Below, one piece after another: positions 28,579-37,189 of a stretch of 51,705 nucleotides of DNA. Made by a program: the position numbers and the translations under genes. This DNA is from Candidatus Aenigmatarchaeota archaeon (GTDB taxonomy: Archaea; Aenigmatarchaeota; Aenigmatarchaeia; QMZP01; QMZT01), in contig JBGPQP010000009.1 of assembly GCA_041489155.1 (NCBI GenBank), positions 1 to 51,705 on the forward strand, in the 5' to 3' direction. Each line of letters begins with the position of its first letter. Position 1 is the stretch's first letter. The notes beneath the pieces are model-generated. The model was not told the origin of the DNA. It saw only the letters and a list, made by a program, of their open reading frames with translations, and did not search any database.

Positions 28579-29731
28579 ATCAGTCCCCTTCTCTCCTGCC
28601 TGATATCGCGGAATATCTTCAAGAAATCATCAATCTTTACGTCGCGCCCTCCAAGCCCGCCGATGAACGTGCTGACATTCGTCTTCCTCGTGAGGCCGCG
28701 TATCTCGTAGCACAATGCGCCTCCCATGCCTGGCGAGATGTCCTTCTCGAGAACGCCTATGGAATGGATGCCCTTTATGGCCTTCTTTATCTCGGTCATC
28801 GGGAAGGGTCTGAAGCTCTTCACGCGGATGAGGCCCATGTCCTCTATCTTCTTCTCGCGGATGACGTGTTTTGCAGTCCCTGCGAGCGAGCCCATTGTTA
28901 CGAGCGCGTATTTGGCGTTCTCCATGTTATACGTTTCAATCAGGCCGTTGCCGTAGCTGCGACCGAAGATGTCTTTGAATTCGGCGTTCGTCTCGCGTAT
29001 CGCTTCCCTGGCCCAGCGCATCGCCTCGTGCTGCTCTATCTTGAATTCCTGGTAATGGTCAGGCCCTGCCCACATGCCCTGGCTGATGGGCTCTTTGAAA
29101 TTTATCGCCCGGCCGGCATATTTTGGCAGGAATTTCATTACCTTCGCCTTTTCAGCGATGTCGACCGGCTCGTAGACGTGCGACAGGAAGAAGCCGTCTA
29201 TGCAGACCATTACCGGCAGCGAGACTTTCTCGTGTTCCGCGATTTTGTAAGCTTGAATCACCGTATCGAAAGCTTCCTGCGCGCTCTCGCAATAAAGCTG
29301 TATCCATCCGGAATCCCTTGCGCCGAACGAATCCGACCAGTCGTTCCATATGTTCAGCGGCGCGGAAAGCGCGCGGTTCGCCGTGACCATGACGACAGGC
29401 AGCCGCATGCCGGAAACTATGTAAAGCATTTCATACATCAGGGCGAGGCCCTGACTTGACGACGCCGTGAAAGTGCGCACGCCCGTGGCCTGCGCGCCGA
29501 GGCAGACGGACATGGCCGAATGCTCCGACTCGACGTTGACGTACTTCGCCTTCATCTCGCCGTCCGCGACCATCTCCGAGAGCCGCTCGATTATGTGAGT
29601 ATCCACTATTCAACAAAATCGGATTCGTTGAATAATTGTGGCGTGATCGGGTAAGCTGCAACTACACCCGGTTCACATAATTTGACGGCTTCAGCGATCG
29701 CGTGGCTTCCTTCAATGACTTTTTTCATCAT
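28569..29731 (-). CDS. porA: Pyruvate/2-oxoacid:ferredoxin oxidoreductase alpha subunit, two exons (29731-29636 and 29600-28569; 375 aa spliced)
   Basis: Exon 1 [32 protein letters not shown] joins exon 2 THIIERL...VESEHSAM...SSSQGL...NRALSAP. Confidence 0.88.
29601..29635 (-). other. Probable BHB-type mRNA intron in porA (35 nt)
   Basis: CCAC-AA^T-TATTCAACGAA-TCCGAT-TTTGTTGAATA-GTGG-AT^A: 4-bp CCAC/GTGG helix, two 3-nt bulges, 11-bp intron stem; contains an in-frame TAG. Confidence 0.8.
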
Positions 29732-29765
29732 CTCAAACCTTCGGATTTCGATTTGCTTTTCAGTC

Positions 29766-30065
29766 TTATTTATCCAGCTTCTTTTCTATCGCCTTGAAGG
29801 GGCAGAGCTCCATGCAGAGCAAACAGCCCTTGCAGTAATCATAATCCACTTTCGCTGTCTTTGTCTTCCTTCCCGCGAGCTCGGCCAGGTCGATGCAGCC
29901 TTCCGGGCAGTATTGCACGCAGATGCCGCAGCCTTTGCATTTGTCGTCAAGGAAAATGGGCCTGAACGTGCGCCAGCCTGATGTCTTGCGCGTCTTCGAG
30001 TTCCTGGTGCTCTGGCCCACGCAGCCTTTTGTGGAGTCGTCGTGATTGTTATTCATAAGCATCAA
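29766..30065 (-). CDS. porD: POR delta subunit (2x[4Fe-4S])
   Basis: [37 protein letters not shown]. Confidence 0.9.
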   Translation of the reverse strand: MMLMNNNHDDSTKGCVGQSTRNSKTRKTSGWRTFRPIFLDDKCKGCGICVQYCPEGCIDLAELAGRKTKTAKVDYDYCKGCLLCMELCPFKAIEKKLDK

Positions 30066-30598
30066 ACCTTTGTCTCCTCGTATGCGCGCTTTATCGCCTT
30101 CACGTTGCTGTCCCTGACCGCGCCTTCAAAGCGCTCGCCAATCGCCTCCACGAGGCTCTTCAGCGTGATGAGCTTCGTCGCCTTCGCGAAAGCGCCGAGC
30201 ATCACCGTGTTGACTATCGGCTTGCCGAGAACGTCCATGGCTATCCTGTTGGCGTCGACCGTGTATGCAGGGAAGGACCCAAACCTTTTCTTTTCTTCCG
30301 AGTTGATGAGAATCATGCCCTCTTTGGTCAGGCCGCGGGTTATGTCGACGACGCTCGGAAGGGAATCGTCGAGTACTATGACGTAATCCGGGTCGTAGAC
30401 CTGCGTGCGCAGGGTGATGAATTCCTTCGCGATCCTGCAGTAAGCTTCGACCGGCGAGCCTCTTCGCTCGGGCCCGAAGTTCGGCACGGCCTGGCTGAAT
30501 TTCCCATCTTTGAAGGCCGCGATGGCGATGAGCTCCGCCGTCGTCACCGCTCCCTGGCCTCCTCTGCCGTGTATCCTGATTTCAGTGATAGCGCTCAT
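30062..30598 (-). CDS. porG: POR gamma subunit
   Basis: EIRIHGRGGQGAVT, FGPERRGSPV, VNTVMLGA. Confidence 0.93.
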   Translation of the reverse strand: MSAITEIRIHGRGGQGAVTTAELIAIAAFKDGKFSQAVPNFGPERRGSPVEAYCRIAKEFITLRTQVYDPDYVIVLDDSLPSVVDITRGLTKEGMILINSEEKKRFGSFPAYTVDANRIAMDVLGKPIVNTVMLGAFAKATKLITLKSLVEAIGERFEGAVRDSNVKAIKRAYEETKV

Positions 30599-30694
30599 AA
30601 AAAAACCTGATAACCCTATTAGAAAGAAACGTGTCGCACACATTTATAAAGATTATATTAAGGCTGTTCGACAATCGTAGGAGAAAAGAGCGCC

Positions 30695-31252
30695 TCACTT
30701 GATGAGGCTGAAAATCTGTCTGAATTCCTCCGTCCCGGCCTTGTCGAAGAGCTGGAAGATGATCGACTCGGCCGTCGTTATGAGAATGCCGGTTTGCACG
30801 AACCTCTTTATTATCAGGTCTGTATCGGATTTTTTTCTTGACGAGACCGCGTCGCAGGCGACATACACGTTGTAGCCCCTGTTCAGCAGGTCTAGCGCCG
30901 TCTTTAGCACGCACACGTGCGTCTCAAGTCCGCATAGGACGACGTTCTTCGCCTTCGTCTTCTTAAGCTCTTTAACAAACGTCGCTTCGCCGCAGCAGGA
31001 GAAATGCATTTTTGGCACGGGCACGAATCTGCCGAGCGCGTCAGCGATTTCCGGGATGGTCGAGCCCAGCTTGTCGGGATTCTGCTCCGTGACTATTACC
31101 GGAACGCCGAGTATCCTGAACGCCTGCGCGAGCCTGCAGATGTTGCCGGACATTCTGCCGAACTCGAAAATCGCGTCGCGGAAGCGGTCCTGCACGTCGA
31201 TTATCACGAGGCAAGCGCTTTTCCTGTCAATAGTCGCGACCTTGGACGTCAT
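30695..31252 (-). CDS. Isochorismatase-family cysteine hydrolase
   Basis: IIDVQ, TEQNP, KMHFSC, GLETHVCV. Confidence 0.9.
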   Translation of the reverse strand: MTSKVATIDRKSACLVIIDVQDRFRDAIFEFGRMSGNICRLAQAFRILGVPVIVTEQNPDKLGSTIPEIADALGRFVPVPKMHFSCCGEATFVKELKKTKAKNVVLCGLETHVCVLKTALDLLNRGYNVYVACDAVSSRKKSDTDLIIKRFVQTGILITTAESIIFQLFDKAGTEEFRQIFSLIK

Positions 31253-32058
31253 ATTCTCTTCCAGATGTTTATCTGGTCCTCCAGCTTCACCTTGAATCTG
31301 CGCGAGAAATTGCCCTGGCTCACTGCAATCTCGATTCTGCCGAAGTCGTCCGGCAGCGCGACAACTTCCTTCTTGGCCACCTCGCCGAAGGTCCTCATGA
31401 ACTTCGCGACTATTTTCCCGCTTATGAGCTCGATCACGATTTCGTCGCCATATTTTATCCCCGTCTTCGAGAAATCGTCGAACAAAACGTTGACCGAAAC
31501 GCTGCCGAACTTGTTGACATGGATGGCCTTCATCTTTATCTGCAGGTTCGTTATCTCCGCTTCCTCGTACGGAGGCTTCACCAGTTTTTCCGGCGGGATT
31601 TCAGGCCCGAATTCGTCAATGCCGATGCCCATCGAAAGCCACGCCGCCGCCGGAGCGAATATGTCGCGGCCGTGAAAGACGGGCGAAACCGGCAGGCGCA
31701 TGTATTTCTCGTTGGTTATATCGACAGCCTTCGCTATGCCGCCCAGTCTTTTGGCGGCGGGAATAAGCACGCCGTTGTCAGGCCCTATCAGCATGTCGCC
31801 TCTCGCTGTCTGGATGATTATGCATTTCCTGTTGGTGCCTACGCCAGGGTCGACCACGCATACGTGCGAGCCAATCGGTAGCTGCGTGACGCTCTCAAGG
31901 GTCCATGCCCCTTCCATAAGGTTGAAGTCGGGCACATCGTGGCGGAGGTCAAGCATCGTCGCATCCGGGTTTATCTGCATTGCCGCCGCCTTCATTATGG
32001 CAGCTTCCTCGGAGCCGGTGCCGAAGTCGCTCGTCATAGAGATGAAATTGAGCTTCAT
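31249..32058 (-). CDS. SAM hydroxide adenosyltransferase / chlorinase-fluorinase family (DUF62)
   Basis: TSDFG, VVDPGVG, GPDNG, FHGRDIFAP. Confidence 0.9.
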   Translation of the reverse strand: MKLNFISMTSDFGTGSEEAAIMKAAAMQINPDATMLDLRHDVPDFNLMEGAWTLESVTQLPIGSHVCVVDPGVGTNRKCIIIQTARGDMLIGPDNGVLIPAAKRLGGIAKAVDITNEKYMRLPVSPVFHGRDIFAPAAAWLSMGIGIDEFGPEIPPEKLVKPPYEEAEITNLQIKMKAIHVNKFGSVSVNVLFDDFSKTGIKYGDEIVIELISGKIVAKFMRTFGEVAKKEVVALPDDFGRIEIAVSQGNFSRRFKVKLEDQINIWKRI

Positions 32059-32142
32059 ATACTTAGATTGCACCCGGAGGTAAATAAAATTTATCACATG
32101 CTAAAGATTGCAAAAAAAGATCCGCAATTGGTTATTTTATTT

Positions 32143-32625
32143 TTACGCATCTTTTTTCTTCGGCACGGTCCTGAAGCCCATGGCGAACAAAAACGCTGCC
32201 ATGCCCGTCGCCAGAACCACCCCTGAAGCGCTGGTCGATATGCCTCCGGTCATGATGCCGACAAAGCTCTGAGCCGGACTTAATACGCAGTCCGCAGGGC
32301 AGCTTGTCCATGCCTCGTTCTTGCTGCATATGCCATCGCCGCAAATCTGCGGTGGCCGCAATATGGTGAGCTTAACGATGCCGGTCGCTGTAGCACAGCC
32401 CTGGTTTTCAGGCGGCTTGTTCAACTCTGTGCCGCAATTGTTGCTGTCTGTACAAACCCTTGAGGACACACCTGACGAGCAGCCGCTCCATTCGGAACAC
32501 GTCCAGCTTTCATCGCAAAGAGCGATGCTATCAGGCCCGGTCTGAGCCGATGCCGGCGAGGCAACTGTAATCAAGGCTAGCGAAAAGGCAAAAAGCGCTG
32601 TTATTATGGCAATTGTTCTTCTCAA
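32143..32625 (-). CDS. Small Cys-rich secreted, membrane-anchored protein
   Basis: Signal peptide; CDESWTCSEWSGC...RVCTDSNNCGT; CGDGIC...SCPADC; C-terminal TM. Confidence 0.7.
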   Translation of the reverse strand: MRRTIAIITALFAFSLALITVASPASAQTGPDSIALCDESWTCSEWSGCSSGVSSRVCTDSNNCGTELNKPPENQGCATATGIVKLTILRPPQICGDGICSKNEAWTSCPADCVLSPAQSFVGIMTGGISTSASGVVLATGMAAFLFAMGFRTVPKKKDA

Positions 32626-32704
32626 AGAATCACACTATTTTATATTCATCTTGAATCTTATAAAAAGTTTTTAGTGAGCTTCAGCTTTTTTCGACTCGCT
32701 TCCG

Positions 32705-33844
32705 CTATGCCGCGCTTATTTTCCTCAGGTGAGAAACAGTTTCCTTTACCGCCTTTATCGCGTAGTCTATCTCCTTCTGCGTCGTGAATTTCGAGAGCGT
32801 GAGCCTTATAGAACCCATAACGCATTCAGGGTCAACGCCTATCGCCTGGAGCACGTGCGACGGCCCTTCTTCCCTGCTCGAGCAGGCGGAGCCAGTCGAA
32901 ACGCACACGCCTTTCGTATCCAGGTACATGAGAAGTGCTTCGCCCTCGACGCTCCTGAAAGACACGTTGACGTTGTTGCAAAGCCTTTCGCTCCCTTTCG
33001 CTCCGTTAAGATAGGATTCGGGTATCGAAAGCAGGCCCTTTATCAGCTTGTCGCGCAGCAAAGTCATCTGCCTTATTGCTTTCGGGCTGGTAAGCTCCGC
33101 GGCCTTCGCTAGGCCGACTATTCCTGGGATGTTTTCCGTGCCAGGCCTTATGCCCGTTTCGTGCGGCCCTCCGGTGTATGCTGGCTTGAGCATCACGCCT
33201 TTGCGCACGTAAAGCGCCCCCACGCCCTTCGGGCCGTTGAGCTTGTGGCCGGATATCGAAAGAAGGTCTATGTTCATTTTGCGCACGTCTATCGCAACCT
33301 TTGCGAAGGACTGGACGGCATCAGTATGGAAAATTATGCCGCGTCTCCTGCAGACTACGCCGATTTTCGCAACGTCCTGTATCGTACCGATCTCGTTGTT
33401 GCCGTGTATAACTGAAACGAGAATCGTATCATTTCTTATTGCCTTTTCGAGTTCGTTGATGCCCACGAAGCCCTCACTGTCGATGTCGAGAAACGTGACT
33501 TCGAAACCCTCGCTAGCGAGGGCCTTGCACGTGTTGAGAACGGCAGGATGCTCGATTTTCGTGGTGATTATGTGGCCGCGCTTTTTAGCGTAGGCAACCC
33601 CGCGGAGCGCGAGGTTGTCGGATTCCGTCCCGCCCGAAGTGAAGATGATTTCGCTGGCATCGGCATTAATCTTCTTTGCTAGCGTTCCGCGCGCGGCTTC
33701 CATCACCTTCCCCGCATCCCTCCCAGCGCGGTGCAGCGAGGACGCGTTGCCATACGCTTTCGAGAAGTAAGGCATCATGGCTTTCAAAACGCGCGGGTCG
33801 ACCTTCGTGGTCGCACCGTTGTCGAGATAAACGTTCATGCTCAT
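32705..33844 (-). CDS. iscS: Cysteine desulfurase (IscS/NifS type)
   Basis: YLDNGATT, FTSGGTESDN, HTDAVQ, SGHKLNGPKG, STGSACSS. Confidence 0.94.
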   Translation of the reverse strand: MSMNVYLDNGATTKVDPRVLKAMMPYFSKAYGNASSLHRAGRDAGKVMEAARGTLAKKINADASEIIFTSGGTESDNLALRGVAYAKKRGHIITTKIEHPAVLNTCKALASEGFEVTFLDIDSEGFVGINELEKAIRNDTILVSVIHGNNEIGTIQDVAKIGVVCRRRGIIFHTDAVQSFAKVAIDVRKMNIDLLSISGHKLNGPKGVGALYVRKGVMLKPAYTGGPHETGIRPGTENIPGIVGLAKAAELTSPKAIRQMTLLRDKLIKGLLSIPESYLNGAKGSERLCNNVNVSFRSVEGEALLMYLDTKGVCVSTGSACSSREEGPSHVLQAIGVDPECVMGSIRLTLSKFTTQKEIDYAIKAVKETVSHLRKISAA

Positions 33845-33955
33845 CCCATCCCTGACTCTGAAGCCGAATTCTAAATTAATTCTTTTTATTTATTATAAAG
33901 GTTTAAATATAACACTGTTATATAATTATGCACAAAAGTTTCAGAGGGGTGCTAC

Positions 33956-34576
33956 ATGTATTCGAAAAAAGTCATCGATTATTTCACTCATCCAAAAAAT
34001 GTCGGCGAGATTAAGGGAGCGGACGTTTTGGTCACGGAAGGTTCGCTCGCATGCGGCGACATGGTGAACCTTTACCTCAAGGTCGAACCGAAGACCTTCG
34101 TGATAAAAGACATAAAATTCAAGTCCTACGGCTGCGCTGCCAACATCGCTACCACCAGCATAATGACCGAGATGGCGAAGGGCAAGACACTCGAGCAGGC
34201 GAAGAAAATCGAGTTCAAGGACATTACGAAAGCGCTTGGCGGCCTGCCGCCGATGAAAATCCACTGCTCCGTACTCGCGATAGACGCGCTCAAATCGGCG
34301 ATAAGGAATTACGAGGAGAAGCACGGCCTCGCCAAGCCAGAAGGCATAAACGAGAGCGTACTTCGATCGCGACTGCGCCATGTGATGGACCCGCGCATAG
34401 GGAAGGACATCGTGACCATCGGTATCGTGCAGGACGTCAAGTTCAAGGACGGCGTCGTCACGCTCATGCTGAAGCTTCCCAAGGACCACCAGTTCTACGA
34501 CAACATCATGCACGAGATACAGGAGAGGATAGGCTTCATCCCGGGCGTCAAGAGTATAGAGAAGAAGTTCATATAG
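33956..34576 (+). CDS. iscU: IscU/NifU scaffold fused to a DUF59 (SufT/MIP18-like) domain
   Basis: YSKKVIDYF, CGD, GCAANIA, LPPMKIHC, then LRHVMDPRIGKDIVTIGIV. Confidence 0.85.
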   Translation: MYSKKVIDYFTHPKNVGEIKGADVLVTEGSLACGDMVNLYLKVEPKTFVIKDIKFKSYGCAANIATTSIMTEMAKGKTLEQAKKIEFKDITKALGGLPPMKIHCSVLAIDALKSAIRNYEEKHGLAKPEGINESVLRSRLRHVMDPRIGKDIVTIGIVQDVKFKDGVVTLMLKLPKDHQFYDNIMHEIQERIGFIPGVKSIEKKFI

Positions 34577-35396
34577 AGGCTATAGCGGCCGGCGCTGACA
34601 GGGTCTCTCTCGGGAAAAACTTCTTTGCAGGATGCGACTTAAGGTATTTTCTTATGTGCTGCTCCCCGCGCAGCGGCTCATAAAATATTTCGGCTATCAT
34701 AGGGTCGAAAAGTTTTCCTTCGTTTTCCTTAAGATGGGCCATGATCTGCTCCGGCGTCATGTCTTTCGACCACTTCCTGCTCGGGTCGCCTGCTGCGTCT
34801 ATGACATCCACAACCCTCAGAATGCGGGCGCCCAGCGGTATGTCTTCCCCAGCGAGTTTCATCGGGTAGCCTGTACCATTGTAATTCTCCTGATGATAAA
34901 GGATGCACTCCATGACTCCGTCTCTTTTCAGGCCTATTTTGCCTTCGGGATCGAGATGGGTCACATAAGACCAGCTGACAAGTGGATGCAGTCTCAGGTA
35001 ATCGAGCTCCTCCGGCGTCATTCTGACATCGCCGTTAAGAGATTTGTAATCGCCATTCGCTCCGACGAAGCCGATGATTTTACCGATGTCGTGCAGCTTC
35101 GCTCCGAGGCGTATGTCCGCAAGCTGCTGCTTGGTCAGCTGATGGAACTTGCCGTGATGCTCAGGCCTAAGGTATTTCTGCGGGTTTCTGGCGATGTGGA
35201 CGGCAAACTCGCTGGTCTTTATGGAGTGGTCTATCCACATGGGTTTGACGCCGAGGGAAAGCATCTCCCTGAAAAGGCGGTCCACGTAGCGCCAGGGACT
35301 GGCATAACCTCTGTCTGACATGCGTCCTTTGATTTCCTCAAGCATATCGTCCCTGTACATCTTGTTTTCGTAGCACTCGACTACATTCTTCATCAT
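34569..35396 (-). CDS. Stand-alone HD-GYP-like phosphohydrolase
   Basis: HS, LHDIGK, HP, YHQENYNGTGYP, IPLGARILRVVD, GKLFDP. Confidence 0.85.
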   Translation of the reverse strand: MMKNVVECYENKMYRDDMLEEIKGRMSDRGYASPWRYVDRLFREMLSLGVKPMWIDHSIKTSEFAVHIARNPQKYLRPEHHGKFHQLTKQQLADIRLGAKLHDIGKIIGFVGANGDYKSLNGDVRMTPEELDYLRLHPLVSWSYVTHLDPEGKIGLKRDGVMECILYHQENYNGTGYPMKLAGEDIPLGARILRVVDVIDAAGDPSRKWSKDMTPEQIMAHLKENEGKLFDPMIAEIFYEPLRGEQHIRKYLKSHPAKKFFPRETLSAPAAIASI

Positions 35397-35504
35397 CTTA
35401 CTCGCCTATGGCCTTTCAATGGTATTGAAATAAGAGAACTGACACAGCAAGTTTTTTATTCCCCAAAATGCGGTTTCCATGCGGAAAATGAGCGTAGTCG
35501 GCGC

Positions 35505-36035
35505 CTATCGCTTACTGTAGCTTTCACAAAAGACCGACTGTTTCGCGTCCTTCCTGCTTGAAGCTGGCTTCTCGGCCGCGTAACCTACAGTTATTATCGC
35601 GACCGGTTTCACATCCTGCGGCGCACCGATTACGCGCCTTACTTCCGCCTCGTTGAAAGCGCCTATCCAGCACGTTCCCAGGCCCAGCGCATGCGCCTCG
35701 AGCATCATGTTCTGCACACAGGCACCGCTCTCCTGCAGAGAATAAAGCTCCCTGCCACGCTGACCGTAATGCGAGATTTTCGAGGGGTTGCAGCACACGA
35801 CTATGCTGACAGGCGCCTCAAGCAGCTGCTCCTGCCCCAGCGCAGCCCCGGAAAGCAGCTTCCTTGTCTTAGGGTCTTTGACAACTATATATTCCACGCT
35901 CTGCTGGTTCCCTGCGGACGGCGCCCACCTGCCGGCCTCGAGCATGCGCTCGATTTTCTCGCCATCGACAGGCTTTGCATTATAAGAGCGTATGCTGCGG
36001 CGGTTGCGTATCGCTTCAGAAACTTCCATGCTCAT
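35505..36035 (-). CDS. Nitroreductase family protein
   Basis: RRSIRSY, APSAGNQQ, GLGTCWIG. Confidence 0.92.
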   Translation of the reverse strand: MSMEVSEAIRNRRSIRSYNAKPVDGEKIERMLEAGRWAPSAGNQQSVEYIVVKDPKTRKLLSGAALGQEQLLEAPVSIVVCCNPSKISHYGQRGRELYSLQESGACVQNMMLEAHALGLGTCWIGAFNEAEVRRVIGAPQDVKPVAIITVGYAAEKPASSRKDAKQSVFCESYSKR

Positions 36036-36694
36036 ACCACCTTCAGCAGGTCCTCTATTCTTTCCAAGACGTGATCCGCGTTTGACTTCGTCTTCACTAA
36101 GTTGCCATATTTCGCAAACGCCGTTCGCATGCCCAGCGCCTTCGCGCCGCGTATGTCGCGCTCGGGCCAGTCGCCGACGAACAGAGTCTTCTCCGGCCTC
36201 ACGTCCAGTTTTTCTATCGCCCTGAGGAACGGCGCTCTCGAGGGCTTCTTCTGGCCGGTTTCGTCGAAGGTGACGACCACGTCGAAGAAATCCTCAAGCC
36301 TCATCTCGACAAGGCGGATCCATGCGTTCACCGACGGCGCGTCGGACACGATGCCCAGCTTCATACCCCTTTCCTTGAGCCTGACCAGCGTTTTTACCGT
36401 TCCCGGGTAGGGCTTGACGTAAGAAACCTGCGCCTTCCTGTACGCGACTATCCCTTCCGCAAGAATCCTGTATTCTATCCTGCCCGTCGCTTTTTCGAGG
36501 AACTCCTGGAATATCTTGTTGTATTCTATCCCCTTCTCGCCGTACAGCTCGAAAAGCAGCTTCATTGCTTTCTCCTTGCGCATCTTCAGGCCCGCGCTTA
36601 TCATCGCGTCAATCGCGGCCTCGCATGACTTGCGCTTCATCAGCATGAAGTCTATCAGCGTGTTGTCCAGATCGAAAAGGATTGCTTCAATCAT
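36032..36694 (-). CDS. HAD-superfamily hydrolase (TIGR02253-like)
   Basis: FDLDNTL, VSDA, KKP, VGDWPERDI. Confidence 0.9.
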   Translation of the reverse strand: MIEAILFDLDNTLIDFMLMKRKSCEAAIDAMISAGLKMRKEKAMKLLFELYGEKGIEYNKIFQEFLEKATGRIEYRILAEGIVAYRKAQVSYVKPYPGTVKTLVRLKERGMKLGIVSDAPSVNAWIRLVEMRLEDFFDVVVTFDETGQKKPSRAPFLRAIEKLDVRPEKTLFVGDWPERDIRGAKALGMRTAFAKYGNLVKTKSNADHVLERIEDLLKVV

Positions 36695-36727
36695 TTTGAG
36701 AAATTGTAGACCGGCTTTAAAAACAAT

Positions 36728-36979
36728 TTACCACATGACACTGGAATGTCCCATGCTGCGCCTGCCGCCGTAGCATTCAATACCGCTGTTTGTTATCATA
36801 ATGTGGGTATAGTCTGCAAACTGTCCGCTTTTCGCCTTATCTATTGCTACTTTAAGATGATTCTTGGATCTCTCGGCATCTGTTCCATGAATGTGGGCGC
36901 CGTCGATTTTTCTGCAAAGATCGGCATAATCTTTTGTAATAAGCTCTTCAATAGGATACTTGAGCCTCCAATGCCTCAT
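36728..36979 (-). CDS. Hypothetical protein (83 aa)
   Basis: ORF upstream of the HAD gene on the same strand; no motif. Confidence 0.45.
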   Translation of the reverse strand: MRHWRLKYPIEELITKDYADLCRKIDGAHIHGTDAERSKNHLKVAIDKAKSGQFADYTHIMITNSGIECYGGRRSMGHSSVMW

Positions 36980-37189
36980 TATAGATTTTATTCGAATAAA
37001 ACTTAAATTCAGAAAGGCCTGTTGTTTCTTCTAAGTCTGGAGAGTATCTCGTCGTAGCTCTTCTCATCCGCGGGGAACCGGAGGTGAAAATTTTCTCCGA
37101 TACCTAGCGGGTTTTTGAAGGAAGCTGCTCCATGCGAACATTTGGCTTTTAATCTTAAAAATATTGATAAAACATTGGAAGTGTTTTTG

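Noticed and set aside
28569..29731. porA as a frameshifted pseudogene, or starting at GTG 29606 as in the ORF track
   Set aside because: A 29606 start would lose the essential YPITP motif. The insert is a precise BHB-like structure whose excision restores the protein, and I saw no other lesions in the operon.
37008..37100. Minus-strand fragment EKSYDEILSRLRR resembling an antitoxin C-terminus
   Set aside because: No start codon found in frame and no toxin partner; too short to support.
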